In this document: one piece after another, positions 31,175-43,181 of the stretch
Layout of the letters: each line of letters begins with the position of its first letter
Numbering within the stretch: the stretch's first letter is position 1
NCBI GenBank assembly: GCA_003707115.1
Contig: PPNB01000008.1
Span: 248,001 to 312,000 of the forward strand
DNA from: Tortispora ganteri
Taxonomy: Eukaryota
DNA: 64,000 nucleotides
Direction of reading: 5' to 3'
Translations under genes and position numbers: made by a program
Notes under the pieces: model-generated
Seen by the model: the letters and a program-made list of their open reading frames with translations, nothing else
What the model was told of the DNA's origin: nothing
Database searches by the model: none

Positions 31175-32809
31175 ATGGCAGCAGTTGTTGAATTATCGCG
31201 GACAATCAGCCAAACATTCACAAATCCACAGGCAGAGAAGGTCATTAATCTTGCTGATCTAGAGTACGATGGTCCAGATGACCCGGCTAACCCAAGAAAT
31301 TGGTCTAAGGCTTACAAATGGTATATCACGCTCTCTACAGGATTCATGTTTCTCGCTGTCACATTTGGTTCATCGGTATACGTTTCAGGATCAGTAGAGA
31401 TCATGTACGAAATGCATGTCTCGAGAACTGTTAGTCTCCTTGGATTGTCTTTATACCTATTTGGCCTTAGTGCTGGCCCAATGCTTGGAGCCCCTGCTTC
31501 AGAAATGTTTGGTCGTGAAATTGTCTATTTGTCTTCTATGCCTTGTGCAATATTGTTCAACGTGGGAATCGCTCAAGCTCATAATATCGGGACTATTCTG
31601 GTATGCAGATTCTTTGCCGGAGTATTCGCCTCTCCAGTAATGGCGGTTTCAAGTGGTACAATGGTCGACTTATGGAATGACAAAGATATAGGTAAGGCTG
31701 CCAGTATATTTGGGCTTATGCCTTTTACAGGTCCAGTCATAGGCCCTTTAATTGGCGGTTTTGTGGTAACTCGAAAGGATTGGCGTTGGACTTCCTATGT
31801 GCAAATGATTTTCATGGGAGTTGCATGGTTTCTTATGTTGTTTTGCAAGGAAACTTACAAAAATGCGATCCTGTCTCGCAAATACAAAAAGCTGGGTTAC
31901 AAAATTAGAAGGCCTGCAGGTGGTGCAAAACTCTTGGCCATTGTATTGCTTAAACGCCCTGCACTTATGATGGTTGCTGAACCAATTGTCGGTCTTTTTA
32001 GCTTGTACACCTCTTTCATATTTGCTGTATTGTTTGCTTACTTCGAAGCCATTCCTTTTATATTCGAAACTGTCTACGGCTTTAATTTAGAACATATTGG
32101 TCTAACTTTCATTGGTATTGGAGTTGGACTAGTCTTGGGCTTGTTTATCTTCATTCTTACTGATATCTTTTACTATTCCAAGGTACCACCAGAGAAAATG
32201 ACACCTGAAGTGAGACTTCTTGGTGCCATCATGGGTTCTCCTTTAATTCCTATCGGTCTCTTCTGGTTAGGATGGTCTTCCAAGCCTTCGGTTCACTGGA
32301 TTGCCCCTGTGCTCTCGGGATTAGCATTTGGTGCAGGACTGGTTTTAGTCTTTATGAGTATTGTCACATATTTTGCTTTTGCTTATTCTCCATTAGTGAG
32401 CGCTTCGGCAATGGCTGCAAACAATTTTGAAAGATACATATTTGCTGGTGTTTTCCCGCTTTTCACAATACAGATGTACGAGAAACTTGGAATTGACTGG
32501 GCTTGTTCATTGTTTGGTTTCCTCTCAGTTGCTATGATTCCTATCCCCTGGTTATTTAGATTTTATGGACGCAAACTCCGCAGCAAATCTTTATTCAATG
32601 AAATAGATTCTGCGGATATTAAGAAAGATGAGGAGTCAGGTTCTAAAAGAAGCTCTGTGGATGACCATTCTCATGTCTTGGAACGTCACCAGACACGAGC
32701 TTCCATGGCAAGTTTCTTGGATGCTGATTACACGAATCTTATTGACGAAGAACTGAATCAAGTTGATGAACTGAGCCGAACGAGCTCTCAATCAAACAGT
32801 CATCTCTGA
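31175..32809 (+). CDS. MFS drug:H+ antiporter DHA1 family (Tpo4-like)
   Basis: DGPDDPANPRNWS, GAPASEMFGR, GPVIGPLIGGF, WRW, PET-like KET motif. Confidence 0.92.
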   Translation: MAAVVELSRTISQTFTNPQAEKVINLADLEYDGPDDPANPRNWSKAYKWYITLSTGFMFLAVTFGSSVYVSGSVEIMYEMHVSRTVSLLGLSLYLFGLSAGPMLGAPASEMFGREIVYLSSMPCAILFNVGIAQAHNIGTILVCRFFAGVFASPVMAVSSGTMVDLWNDKDIGKAASIFGLMPFTGPVIGPLIGGFVVTRKDWRWTSYVQMIFMGVAWFLMLFCKETYKNAILSRKYKKLGYKIRRPAGGAKLLAIVLLKRPALMMVAEPIVGLFSLYTSFIFAVLFAYFEAIPFIFETVYGFNLEHIGLTFIGIGVGLVLGLFIFILTDIFYYSKVPPEKMTPEVRLLGAIMGSPLIPIGLFWLGWSSKPSVHWIAPVLSGLAFGAGLVLVFMSIVTYFAFAYSPLVSASAMAANNFERYIFAGVFPLFTIQMYEKLGIDWACSLFGFLSVAMIPIPWLFRFYGRKLRSKSLFNEIDSADIKKDEESGSKRSSVDDHSHVLERHQTRASMASFLDADYTNLIDEELNQVDELSRTSSQSNSHL

Positions 32810-32976
32810 ACTTCATAACATCTAATATTGTTTATGCCTGTTCATTAATGATGTTTCATTTGATTCTTTCGTTTACGACTTTTACATAATGCTTATTATT
32901 AATTCATAATTTGATAGAGATTTACAAGTTCCATATTGAAAATAATGTCATAGTAGTTACTAAATCATGATTAAGG

Positions 32977-33780
32977 TCATACAATAGCGTCAATTCTATC
33001 CTCTTGCGCACCAGAAACAAAAGATCCATTTCGAGATAAGCTAGAAATAAGTGATTCAGATCGAGACAAACGCGTTGCCGTAGGTTCCGGAATGAACGCC
33101 AGTTCAGGTTTCTCGACCTCAGGGTCATCGTACTGAGTTGGAAACCACCAAAATACAGGGTATCGACGTCTGAAGTTGTTCAATACCAATGCAGTTCCCA
33201 ACATTATCGCAAGGTTGGTAAGTACGACCGGGATAAAGAACCAAGTCATTTCTCCAATTTGTTCATCGACTAAGGGAAGTATAGCAGTAGCGCCTCCTGG
33301 CGGATGAATAGTCTTTGTCACATACATAACTAATGAACAAACTGAACAAGCTATGGCACAAGCAATCCAGACATAATCATTCGGGTTCTCCGTCATCCAA
33401 AATAGTTGACGCAATGAGACACCAACAATGCAACCAATCAAATGAGAACATATAAAATTACGAGGTTGAGAGACAGGAATCTCAATAGCGTTGAATAATA
33501 AAATGGCCGATGCTCCGAATGAGGCAATGAGCAGAGGCGCATTGTGATCTGAGAATGTAGTATGGAAGTGGAAAACCATACCGGGTATCAAAACTCCAAT
33601 AAACGTTGAGAAAAAAATCCAGACTGTCAAAACTGAATCATGAATAGCAGCATCTCCTTTATGTGGTTTCGAAGGATCTCGATAGCCTAAAAATCTGCTG
33701 ATATACGGTGGAAGTTTGGCAAGCAAATTATACCGTTGCAGATGCTTGACCGGTTGATCGATGTCGAGCTTGTATGACAT
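32977..33780 (-). CDS. HPP-family membrane protein
   Basis: ASFGASAILLF, SQPRN, TIHPPGGATA. Confidence 0.92.
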   Translation of the reverse strand: MSYKLDIDQPVKHLQRYNLLAKLPPYISRFLGYRDPSKPHKGDAAIHDSVLTVWIFFSTFIGVLIPGMVFHFHTTFSDHNAPLLIASFGASAILLFNAIEIPVSQPRNFICSHLIGCIVGVSLRQLFWMTENPNDYVWIACAIACSVCSLVMYVTKTIHPPGGATAILPLVDEQIGEMTWFFIPVVLTNLAIMLGTALVLNNFRRRYPVFWWFPTQYDDPEVEKPELAFIPEPTATRLSRSESLISSLSRNGSFVSGAQEDRIDAIV

Positions 33781-34142
33781 GATCTTTGAATGCGTAGCGA
33801 TTCTGTAACTCCCAAGTACTGAAAACTATAGCAGATTAACAATATAAAAAGCAGATTGTTCCTTTCTTTTCAAAAATTTGTTGACAGCGGAAAAAAAATT
33901 CAATTGCCGCACTGGATAGCGGTCAGGCGGAGAGATAGGTAATGAAATGTGAAAATGTCACGTAAGAATTTTAAGGTTCAATTTTGCAACCACCCGCCCA
34001 CCCATAGTATTTCTGAGGGTGTTAAAGCTAAAAGAATAGTGTGGAAATACAGCGCTTATTCTTAAGCGTTAGCGAGCCGGATGAATAAGAAAAAGAAATC
34101 ATAATCTGGTGAGGGGTCATGTCTTTCTCATGGGTGAGATAC

Positions 34143-35342
34143 TTACTCGGCCATGAGTACGTTGTTTTGGGAATCTGCAACCCAGGTGTTATGGTGGGCA
34201 TTGATTCGACGGTTAGGAGGATGCTCGTATATGCAAAGCACAGTAGCGCAGTTGACACCGTACTTGCAAGGAATGTGTATAGAATGCATAAAGAAACAAT
34301 CCGGTCGAGCGCATTGGTCTCCGGCACGACACGGTATAGGAGATTTTGGATGTCTGAATTGACAGGTAGGATTAGAGCAATCTGCACCATATCTGCAAGT
34401 AGGATATAAAGGTTTTTGTCTGATGCTATCTTGTCCTTCATCACCAATAACCATTTCTGATCCATCGCCTGTCTCAGTCTGTAGTAGCTGCTGCTGTTTT
34501 AAAGCAGCATTAATAGCCGCTGGAGAGGAATGACCAAAGTTGCAATCTGGCTTCTGGCAAAAAGGATCTTCAGGACATTTTTCATGAATTAAAGGATCAG
34601 ATGTTGTCTTCAATTTCGAAGGATGCAGGAAATAGCACTTTGCATTCTTACAACTTAGGCCGAACTGACACAGTTTTATAGTCGGGGGGCGTTTTGGCAG
34701 AGCACCAGACATGCTTCTAGGCAGAATTCCAGTTTCCAGATACTTGACAGCGTCTTCTTCAGACATGTCCTCACCTACATGAAGCTTAGGGCATTTTCCT
34801 TTCGAGTTTGGACAGTTAGGATACTCGAGGCACCTCTCGTATGGATGTGCAAATTTGCAAGTTGTGACTTGGCAATTTGGCCATCTCTTGCATCGCACTT
34901 TACCTATGGAAGTGCGCGGTTCTTTAGATTGACCGTTCTTATTTGTGGAACCAGAAACAGGCTTGGTGGGGTTCTCGTAAGGTGTGGCGTTTCTAGTGTT
35001 ATTCTGACGATCTCGTTTGGTTCGATCAGGACCAAGTCTGCGAAGGCCGGAAGTCGGCTGCGTTGCAACCGGTAAAGGCGGGAATTCAACTTTCTTACCC
35101 CATTTTGATTCACAAAAGTTGAATATCGATTCAGCTACAGGGTAGGCTTGGTCGTCAGAGTTGAGGACACTCCGTAGCTCTTCGGTGACTTCCATAAGAG
35201 ATTTCTCATTGCATATTAATATACAGGCATATTCTGCTACTAAACCAGGATCATCAGCATCAACATTCAAATCTGAAAGACATTTGATAATAAACTGACG
35301 AAGTTCTTCAGCTTCAGGACTTCCTTGTTGGATGGAAAACAT
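34143..35342 (-). CDS. NAB2: Nuclear poly(A)-binding CCCH zinc-finger protein (Nab2/ZC3H14)
   Basis: PWI-like N-domain (LVAEYACILICNEKS) and ~7 tandem CCCH fingers; likely ATG at 35342. Confidence 0.88.
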   Translation of the reverse strand: MFSIQQGSPEAEELRQFIIKCLSDLNVDADDPGLVAEYACILICNEKSLMEVTEELRSVLNSDDQAYPVAESIFNFCESKWGKKVEFPPLPVATQPTSGLRRLGPDRTKRDRQNNTRNATPYENPTKPVSGSTNKNGQSKEPRTSIGKVRCKRWPNCQVTTCKFAHPYERCLEYPNCPNSKGKCPKLHVGEDMSEEDAVKYLETGILPRSMSGALPKRPPTIKLCQFGLSCKNAKCYFLHPSKLKTTSDPLIHEKCPEDPFCQKPDCNFGHSSPAAINAALKQQQLLQTETGDGSEMVIGDEGQDSIRQKPLYPTCRYGADCSNPTCQFRHPKSPIPCRAGDQCARPDCFFMHSIHIPCKYGVNCATVLCIYEHPPNRRINAHHNTWVADSQNNVLMAE

Positions 35343-35519
35343 TGTGTCGAAGGCGAAAGAAGGAGGATGAGTACTTATATTGTAGTTCAAAATATACATT
35401 ATTAGATGGGAATAGAAAAAAAATAAAATAAGGTTTCACTCACGTGACTATATAATTTGAGTGTATAGTTTGTATTGAATAGATGCTGAATAGTTAAACA
35501 GTTAAGCAAATAATAAGGA

Positions 35520-36278
35520 TTAAATTACCATATTTCCGCCATCAATTGGAATTGCGGTACCTGTGACCGATGTGCCCCTAGAAATATAAACAAAGGCCTC
35601 GGCAGTGTCGGAGATTGTAGGGGCGCGCTTCAAAGGCAAGCTGCCTTCGATGTTAGCGATGATCTCTGGTCCAAATTTGAGTCCCCAGTCAGTGAGCAAA
35701 AGACCTGGGCAGATTGCATTCACACACAAGTTAGGGCCGGATACTTTTGCAAGGCCTTTAACCATGTGGATAAGAGCAGCTTTTGTGCTCGAGTAAGGTA
35801 AGGACGATCCAGTAGGACGTAGGCCAGCAATTGAAGCAGTCACAATGAAGTGCTGTGTGTCTGGACCCTCTTTGAGGTATTTTCTGGAGTACTTGTAGAG
35901 CCAGAAATGCGATTTTATATTCATATTGCAAGTACGATCCCAGTCTGCTTCGGTGACCTCGTCGATATCGGCGAAATCGATGAATCTTGTCCATCCAGCG
36001 TTTGAAATGACGATATCAAGTCTGCCGAGTTTGCTAACAGAATCTTCTACAAGTTGCTCAATCTCTGAGATATTTCCGATATCGGCTTTTATTACGTAGG
36101 CCTTAATTCCGTACTGTTCGATGACTTCTTTTGCTAGATCTTCAGCACGGGATTGGTTGTTGGCGTAATTGATGACTACATTGCAGCCTTCGCGTGCGAA
36201 CTTGCGTACAGTTTCAGCGCCCAAACCGGCAGAACCGCCAGTAACAAGCACACCTTTTCCTTTGAGAGAATTAGACAT
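35520..36278 (-). CDS. Classical short-chain dehydrogenase/reductase
   Basis: TGGSAGLG, NAG, YSSTK catalytic motif, DGG. Confidence 0.93.
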   Translation of the reverse strand: MSNSLKGKGVLVTGGSAGLGAETVRKFAREGCNVVINYANNQSRAEDLAKEVIEQYGIKAYVIKADIGNISEIEQLVEDSVSKLGRLDIVISNAGWTRFIDFADIDEVTEADWDRTCNMNIKSHFWLYKYSRKYLKEGPDTQHFIVTASIAGLRPTGSSLPYSSTKAALIHMVKGLAKVSGPNLCVNAICPGLLLTDWGLKFGPEIIANIEGSLPLKRAPTISDTAEAFVYISRGTSVTGTAIPIDGGNMVI

Positions 36279-36462
36279 AGTTATAGTAAGCTTAGAAGGT
36301 TCGGAATGTGCGTGGGGGGATGTATATATATACTAATCATCTCGGGCCCCCGCTTCTCCCCCTGTCAAAAACTTTAAAACTACTTACAAGTGGGGGGTTA
36401 TCTAGGTCAGTTTATAAATACGTCGAATACATAGAGACAGTGTTATCATGCATTGTACATAA

Positions 36463-38525
36463 CTAATAAGTGCGCTTAGCGGGAGGGACGCTCTTGCATT
36501 CCGACTCGTCCAGGGTTTCGTAGATAACGTTGCGATACTTAAGCTCGACAGGATCGCCAACGTTGTGTTGCCAAGATAGGGTGTGTTTCATCCAGTTGAC
36601 ATCGTCACGCTCAGAATAGTCCTCGCGAGCATGAGCACCACGCGATTCCTTACGGGCAACAGCACTGTAGGCAGTTTGCATAGCACACGTGAGCAAGTTC
36701 TGTAATTCCAATGTCTCGACTAAGTCGCTGTTCCAGATCATCGAACGGTCCTTGATACCAACTTCAGGGAATGTGCGATCGACCTCAGTCATATTCCTGA
36801 CACCCTCCTCTAATGATTCTTGCATGCGGAACACCGAAATATCCTTTTGCATCGTCTTTTGCATAGCTAGTCTGATAGACGCAGTAGAACGAGGTCCGTC
36901 AGCAGTGCGCAACTTGTCAAGGTTGGCAATCGATTCCTTTCCAAGGTCCTCGGAAACAGGTTTGTGTGGCGTATTAGGACTATTGTTGTCGCGGATAGTG
37001 TGAGCAACAGCACGACCAAAAACAACCAAATCCAAAAGTGAGTTCGCTCCAAGACGGTTAGCACCGTGGACAGACACGCAAGCAGCCTCACCACAAGCAT
37101 ACAGACCAGGGACTACCTTGTCATTGCCGTTCTCGTCAATAGTGAGCGCTTCACCTGACCATTTGGTAGGGATACCACCCATATTATAGTGAACAGTAGG
37201 AAGCACAGGAATGGGTTCCTTGGTCACATCGACACCAGCAAAAATGGCGGCAGTTTCAGAGATACCAGGTAGACGTTCATGGAGAACAGAGGCAGGAAGA
37301 TGAGAAAGCTGTAGGTAGATGTGATCCTTCTCGGGGCCAACACCACGGCCTTCGCGGATCTCAAGAGTCATTGAGCGAGAGACAACGTCTCGAGAGGCCA
37401 AATCCTTGGCGTGAGGGGCATAACGTTCCATGAAGCGCTCACCCTCAGAGTTAAGCAAGTAACCACCTTCACCGCGAGAACCCTCAGTAATCAAGCAGCC
37501 GGCACCGTAAATACCAGTAGGATGGAACTGAACAAATTCAAGATCCTGAAGAGGAAGTCCAGCACGCTGGACCATACCGTGACCATCACCAGTACAAGTA
37601 TGGGCAGAAGTGCAAGAGAAGTAGGCACGACCGTATCCACCAGTGGCTATGATAGTGTGATGAGCGCGGAATCTGTGGAGAGTACCGTCTTCCTGGTTGT
37701 AAGCAATAATTCCAACGCATTTTCCGTCCTCCATTAGGAGATCCATTGCAAAGTACTCAATGAAGAACTGTGTATTGTGACGAAGAGACTGTCCGTAGAG
37801 CGTGTGCAGGAGAGCGTGTCCGGTACGGTCAGCGACTGCACAGGTACGATAGGCCTGTCCGTCCTTTCCGTAGTTGCGGGATTGACCACCAAAGGCTCGC
37901 TGGTAGATTCGACCTTCCTCGGTACGGGAGAAAGGCACACCGTAATGCTCCAGCTCAATAATAGACTGTGGAGCCTCGCGGGTCATGTAGTGTATAGCGT
38001 CTTGGTCACCAAGCCAATCAGAACCCTTGACGGTATCGTACATGTGCCAGTGCCAGTCATCCGGATGCATATTTCCAAGAGCAGCATTGATACCACCTTG
38101 AGCAGCGACAGTGTGAGAACGGGTAGGAAAGAGTTTAGTAACGCAGGCAGTATTAAATCCAGCCTCAGCGAGACCAAAAGCCGCACGTAAACCGGCACCA
38201 CCAGCGCCGACAACCACAGCGTCGTACTCGTGGTCGACTATAGCATACTTGCGAGTCATGTGGTCCGGAGCAGCTTTTCCGTTGACTTTTCCATTAGCGA
38301 CAACTTTATTAGCAACGCGAGATGTGTGGAAAGAGCGTGCTAGCTAATTTGCATATGTTAGAACAATTCCTTGAAAGCCGGAAAAAAGGGCAGATACCGC
38401 ACTTTTCGACCAAAAAGGTCGTAGCGGTCAGCCTAACAGTAGACAAACAAAAGCAACAAGAGAAACAGCCTTGAGAGTCCCATATATTTTGTACTTACCC
38501 TTGAGCGCACAGTGAATCGTAGCAT
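36463..38525 (-). CDS. SDH1: Succinate dehydrogenase flavoprotein (exons 38499-38525 and 36463-38343)
   Basis: [13 protein letters not shown] site; intron 38344-38498 (GTAAGT...CTAAC...TAG) joins presequence [15 protein letters not shown] in frame. Confidence 0.98.
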
Positions 38526-38701
38526 TTTTCTTTCACTAAATGTAATCGAATGTCAGGAATCAGGAAATGTGAGTAAATGTGAGATACTTGCACAAATCGA
38601 TTGTCCAATAATAAGCGTTGGAATTACCTGGGTTGCCCCGGGCACTACCGAAAGCGATCAACTACGCAAAGCTTAAACCAAATTCGTCCCCGCAACTCTA
38701 T

Positions 38702-40012
38702 TTAATTATATTGAAGATATTCAGAGGTAGATGAGAACTTCAAGTTTCCTTTAATCACCTTATCGACTGCAGCCAGGAAATCCTTTTCGGTTGCGACCTT
38801 CCTGCGCGATCGGATCGCAAACATGCCGGCCTCTGTGCAGACGGAACGTAGCTCTGCACCAGTAGCATTAGGACACAATCGTGAGATCAATTCCCAACGT
38901 ATATTTCTGTCCACGGACATAGATTTGGTGTGAATTCTAAAAATATTGGCACGTCCGTCCACGTCGGGCAAAGAAAACTCTACTTTGCGGTCAATACGGC
39001 CAGGTCGTAAAAGGGCAGGGTCCAATGTGTTGGGCCTGTTGGTAGCAAACATTACCTTGATGTTGCCGCGTGGGTCAAACCCATCAAGCTGCGTAATCAA
39101 TTCAAGCATAGTGCGCTGCACTTCATTATCACCACCTGCTCCGTCATCAAAACGAGCCCCACCAATCGCATCCACTTCATCAAAAAATATAATGCATGCC
39201 TTCTTAGACCGAGCCATTTCAAACAATTCGCGCACCATTCGCGCACCTTCACCAACATACTTTTGTACCAGCTCAGATCCAATTACTCGAATAAATGTGG
39301 CATCAGTACGGTTCGCCACAGCCCTCGCACACAGTGTTTTGCCTGTTCCCGGAGGGCCATAAAGGAGAATACCCTTAGGAGGATCAATTCCAAGTTTCAC
39401 AAACCTGTCTGGCGAAAGCAGTGGCAGCTCAACGACTTCACGGAGTTTCTCGATTTGCTCTTTGCACCCTCCCACATCGCCATAAGTCACATCAGGTTTC
39501 TCCTCGACTGTCATCATAGTCACCGAAGGATCAATCTTGGGAGGCAACGGCAGTTGAATTTGGTATTTATGTCTGTCCACGCCTACCCGCATACCTTCTT
39601 CGATGTCTGTAACTGAAACGGTATCACCTAATGCAACAACAAACTTGGCAATTTGCTTTATATTAATCACATATTGAGACTTCTCTTTATCATCTGGGTC
39701 TTCAATAATCTTCGTGCATCGCGCTACCTGCAACGCTTGTTCGGTCATCAAACTCTGTTTGTCGGCATTCACATCCCACATATGTGGTGGCGCTAGTCCT
39801 GTATCAGACTCTTTAATGCCGACTTTCTCACTGATGCTTGATTGTAGCTCTTTGAGGTCCTTCTCTATACGTTTCAGTGCCTCGCCATACGGCGCCATAC
39901 CGTACGTTTTCAGCACCTGAATGTCACCTTCAGATAATGGCACTATTTTCTCCTCCTTCTCCTCATCGTCTACAGGAGCTCTGTACTTTTCCCAATCTGC
40001 TTTAGGTGGCAT
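38702..40012 (-). CDS. RPT1: 26S proteasome AAA ATPase subunit
   Basis: [10 protein letters not shown] start, [31 protein letters not shown]. Confidence 0.98.
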   Translation of the reverse strand: MPPKADWEKYRAPVDDEEKEEKIVPLSEGDIQVLKTYGMAPYGEALKRIEKDLKELQSSISEKVGIKESDTGLAPPHMWDVNADKQSLMTEQALQVARCTKIIEDPDDKEKSQYVINIKQIAKFVVALGDTVSVTDIEEGMRVGVDRHKYQIQLPLPPKIDPSVTMMTVEEKPDVTYGDVGGCKEQIEKLREVVELPLLSPDRFVKLGIDPPKGILLYGPPGTGKTLCARAVANRTDATFIRVIGSELVQKYVGEGARMVRELFEMARSKKACIIFFDEVDAIGGARFDDGAGGDNEVQRTMLELITQLDGFDPRGNIKVMFATNRPNTLDPALLRPGRIDRKVEFSLPDVDGRANIFRIHTKSMSVDRNIRWELISRLCPNATGAELRSVCTEAGMFAIRSRRKVATEKDFLAAVDKVIKGNLKFSSTSEYLQYN

Positions 40013-40175
40013 TGTTCGGTCGCTGTTAGTGTTATTTGTCAGTTGGTCGGCGCTCGGTGGGTGGCCAAAGTGGGATTTCGCCCGTGTCAACAATACACCA
40101 CAACGGAGAACCCTAGTCTATCCTCACTTCGTGCACCTTCTACAACCCTACTGTTTTTTTCTAAATACGACTACC

Positions 40176-41792
40176 ATGGCTCAAGGCGTATACAAGGACA
40201 AAGAGAAACCGCAAGAGGTTAGAAAGGCCAATATTGCTGCCGCGCGATCCGTTGCTGACGCAATTAGAACCTCTCTTGGTCCAAAGGGCATGGACAAGAT
40301 GATTAAAACGTCTTCTGGTCAGGTTCTGATTACTAACGATGGCCACACCATCCTCAAGCACATGGCTGTAATGCACCCGGCGGCTAAGATCCTTGTTGAT
40401 TTATCTGCTGCTCAAGATGTTGAGGCAGGTGACGGAACCACTTCGGTTGTTGTTCTTGCTGGCGCTCTACTTGGCGCCGCCGAAAGACTCCTGGCGCGTG
40501 GGCTCCATCCAACGATTATATCTGATGCCTTCCAGCGCGCAACAGAACGCGCCGTAGAGATCATTAAGGAAATGTCTGATCCTATAGAGCTTTCAGATAG
40601 ATCCGCTCTGGTACGCGCTGCTGCTACTTCTCTTAACTCTAAGATTGTCGCCCAGTATTCATCGCTGCTACCTCCTATGGCCGTCGACGCTGTCCTCAAA
40701 GTCATCGACCCATCTACCGCTAAAAACGTTGACTTGAACAACATCAAGCTTGTAAAAAGTATAGGCGGTACGCTTGAAGACACAGAGCTCATTGACGGTC
40801 TTATTCTTGATAGTTCTGTGATCAAGTCTGCTGGTGGACCAACCAGAATCGAGAAGGCTAAAATAGGACTTGTTCAGTTCCAGTTATCTCCTCCTAAACC
40901 TGATTTGGATAACCAGATAGTAGTAAATGATTACCGTCAAATGGACAAGATTCTGAAAGAAGAGCGCCAATACCTGCTCAACATGTGCAAAAAGATTAAA
41001 AAAGCAAAATGCAACGTCTTGTTTATACAAAAATCTATACTACGTGATGCCGTTAACGATCTTTCTCTTCATTTCCTCGCCAAACTTAACATACTTGTTG
41101 TCAAAGATATTGAACGCGATGATATTGAATTCATAGCCAAATCTACAGGATGCAAACCAATTGCTGATATTGATTCGTTTACCGAAGATAAGCTCGGCTC
41201 TGCTGACCTAGTTGAAGAGATATCGCTCTCTGGTGGGTCTAGAATCGTTCAAGTTTCAGGAATAAAACTTCCTACGGCGCCAGCTCTTGTTGCTACTGCG
41301 GCAACAGCTTCCTCTACACCAACTACTGTGTCTATATTGATACGCGGAGCCAACAACATGATCCTCGACGAAGCTGAACGCTCTTTGCACGATGCTCTAT
41401 GTGTAATCAGGTGTCTTGTGAAACAAAAATCTATGGTCGCTGGAGGAGCTGCGCCTGAAATCGAAGTAGCCAGAGTATTAACTCAAGATGCGATGAAACT
41501 AGCAGGCACTCAAGCTGTCTGCTGGCAGGAATTTGCTGCTGCTCTAGAGGTAATACCCACGACACTTGCAGAAAACGCTGGACTAAATTCTATTGATATT
41601 GTCACTGATTTAAGAAACCGTCATAATATGGGGCAGGTTAAAGCAGGCGTGTCTGTGAAAAAGGGCGTTGCCTCAGATATCACCGAGGAACATGTCATCC
41701 AACCCTCGCTTGTTACGATTTCTGCTTTCCAGCTGGCTTCCGAAACTGTCAAGACAATTCTTCGAATTGATGATATAGCTATTGGTCGCTGA
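40176..41792 (+). CDS. CCT4: Chaperonin TRiC/CCT delta subunit
   Basis: [38 protein letters not shown] at 40176. Confidence 0.97.
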   Translation: MAQGVYKDKEKPQEVRKANIAAARSVADAIRTSLGPKGMDKMIKTSSGQVLITNDGHTILKHMAVMHPAAKILVDLSAAQDVEAGDGTTSVVVLAGALLGAAERLLARGLHPTIISDAFQRATERAVEIIKEMSDPIELSDRSALVRAAATSLNSKIVAQYSSLLPPMAVDAVLKVIDPSTAKNVDLNNIKLVKSIGGTLEDTELIDGLILDSSVIKSAGGPTRIEKAKIGLVQFQLSPPKPDLDNQIVVNDYRQMDKILKEERQYLLNMCKKIKKAKCNVLFIQKSILRDAVNDLSLHFLAKLNILVVKDIERDDIEFIAKSTGCKPIADIDSFTEDKLGSADLVEEISLSGGSRIVQVSGIKLPTAPALVATAATASSTPTTVSILIRGANNMILDEAERSLHDALCVIRCLVKQKSMVAGGAAPEIEVARVLTQDAMKLAGTQAVCWQEFAAALEVIPTTLAENAGLNSIDIVTDLRNRHNMGQVKAGVSVKKGVASDITEEHVIQPSLVTISAFQLASETVKTILRIDDIAIGR

Positions 41793-41944
41793 ATAGTTAG
41801 ACCTTTTTTTTCTGCGTCGATGCCTCTTTTCTGTCTACACACATTTCTCTGTTATGTTGGAGCACAATTAGCTTTTAAAATGATGAAAATACTATAAGTT
41901 GGAACCTTATACCTCAAAATTAACCAATCATGTAACGTATTCCC

Positions 41945-41953
41945 ATCTGATAA
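41945..41953 (+). promoter_or_regulatory. ATCTGATAA iron-GATA-repressor-type site, flanked by CCAAT boxes
   Basis: Matches ATCWGATAA; CCAAT at 41924 and 41970; ~115 bp upstream of MTM1. Confidence 0.4.
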
Positions 41954-42065
41954 AAATATCCCCTAGAGGCCAATAAAATCTACCACCGCGGACACCTTCA
42001 CTTAACGCCGCACTTGACTTGTATTTCCTGATTCAAGGCATTTTAAGTGCTGTTAATACTTCCAA

Positions 42066-43181
42066 ATGGATACATCAGATATTGCAGAGTCGGAAATAAT
42101 AGATCAGCCGAGTTCTAGGGACTCTTTGAGCACATATCAGCGGATGGTGGCAGCCACTGCAGGATCGCTTTTGACGGCGGTGTTTATGACTCCGCTCGAC
42201 GTAGTACGCGTACGCATGCAAATTCAAGATCACAAAAAGCCCGTATTCACAAATGCAACCCTTAAAAGTATTCTCAGTTCTGATGTCTCTAATGCGGTGA
42301 AAGCAAACATTGGTATAACTGCTTGTTGCCGCGATGTCTTACCAGCAATGGAAACAGCGATGCCTTACTGTGTGGCTTCAGAACTGGATTCATGTGCTGT
42401 TGAAAACGTCAAACAACGTAGATTCGTTGGGACATGGGAAGGTCTTTCAAAAATTGCGCGCTATGAAGGACTTAGCTCGTTGTGGCGAGGCCTTTCTGTC
42501 ACAGTGCTCATGGCCGTCCCGTCAAACATGATGTACTTCGCAGGTTACGAATTCTTACGAGACTCACGAATATTTTCTAACAGATATACTGAATATACTA
42601 GTCCACTAATATGTGGTGCCATAGCGCGTCTCTTTGCCAGCTCGCTCACGTCTCCTATGGAACTGTTTCGCACACGTCTACAGTCTCTCGCGAGCGTCAA
42701 CAGCAGGTCAGAACGCCCCAAAGTAACCGCTTTTCGCTCAACTTACATTCAAATATTGTCACTAATCAAAAGAGAAGGCTTACACTCTCTATGGCGTGGG
42801 CTTGGCCTCACTTTGTGGAGAGACGTGCCATTCTCAGCCATATACTGGCTTGGATTTGAAAAAATCAAAGCATCATATCTAGACAAACGACCCGACAGCA
42901 ATGCATTCACTCCCGCATTTATTGCTGGAGCTCTTTCCGGAAGCATTGCTGCGTTTATCACTACACCGTTCGATGTAGGCAAGACGAGAATTCAAGTCTA
43001 CATAGATGGCAACAAAGCAACAAGCTCTTCTTCAATGATCTCCACAATGCTGGATATCGGCAGATCTGAAGGGCTCCCTGGACTTTTTAAAGGCCTTTCA
43101 CCTCGAATCCTAAAGATATCACCTGCATGTGCCATCATGATATCATCTTACGAAGTTACGAAGAGTCTATTCAACAATTAA
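42066..43181 (+). CDS. MTM1: Mitochondrial carrier Mtm1/SLC25A39-40 family
   Basis: TPLDVVRVRMQ, Cys loop TACCRDV, LWRDVPFSAIYW, PACAIMISSYE. Confidence 0.92.
   Translation: MDTSDIAESEIIDQPSSRDSLSTYQRMVAATAGSLLTAVFMTPLDVVRVRMQIQDHKKPVFTNATLKSILSSDVSNAVKANIGITACCRDVLPAMETAMPYCVASELDSCAVENVKQRRFVGTWEGLSKIARYEGLSSLWRGLSVTVLMAVPSNMMYFAGYEFLRDSRIFSNRYTEYTSPLICGAIARLFASSLTSPMELFRTRLQSLASVNSRSERPKVTAFRSTYIQILSLIKREGLHSLWRGLGLTLWRDVPFSAIYWLGFEKIKASYLDKRPDSNAFTPAFIAGALSGSIAAFITTPFDVGKTRIQVYIDGNKATSSSSMISTMLDIGRSEGLPGLFKGLSPRILKISPACAIMISSYEVTKSLFNN

Noticed and set aside
40060..40069. Rpn4/PACE site GGTGGCCAAA before RPT1
   Set aside because: Imperfect match to GGTGGCAAA and no equivalent seen at PRE2
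39921..40175. Apparent CCT4/RPT1 CDS overlap
   Set aside because: Artefact of the longest-ORF starts; conserved starts are at 40176 and 40012
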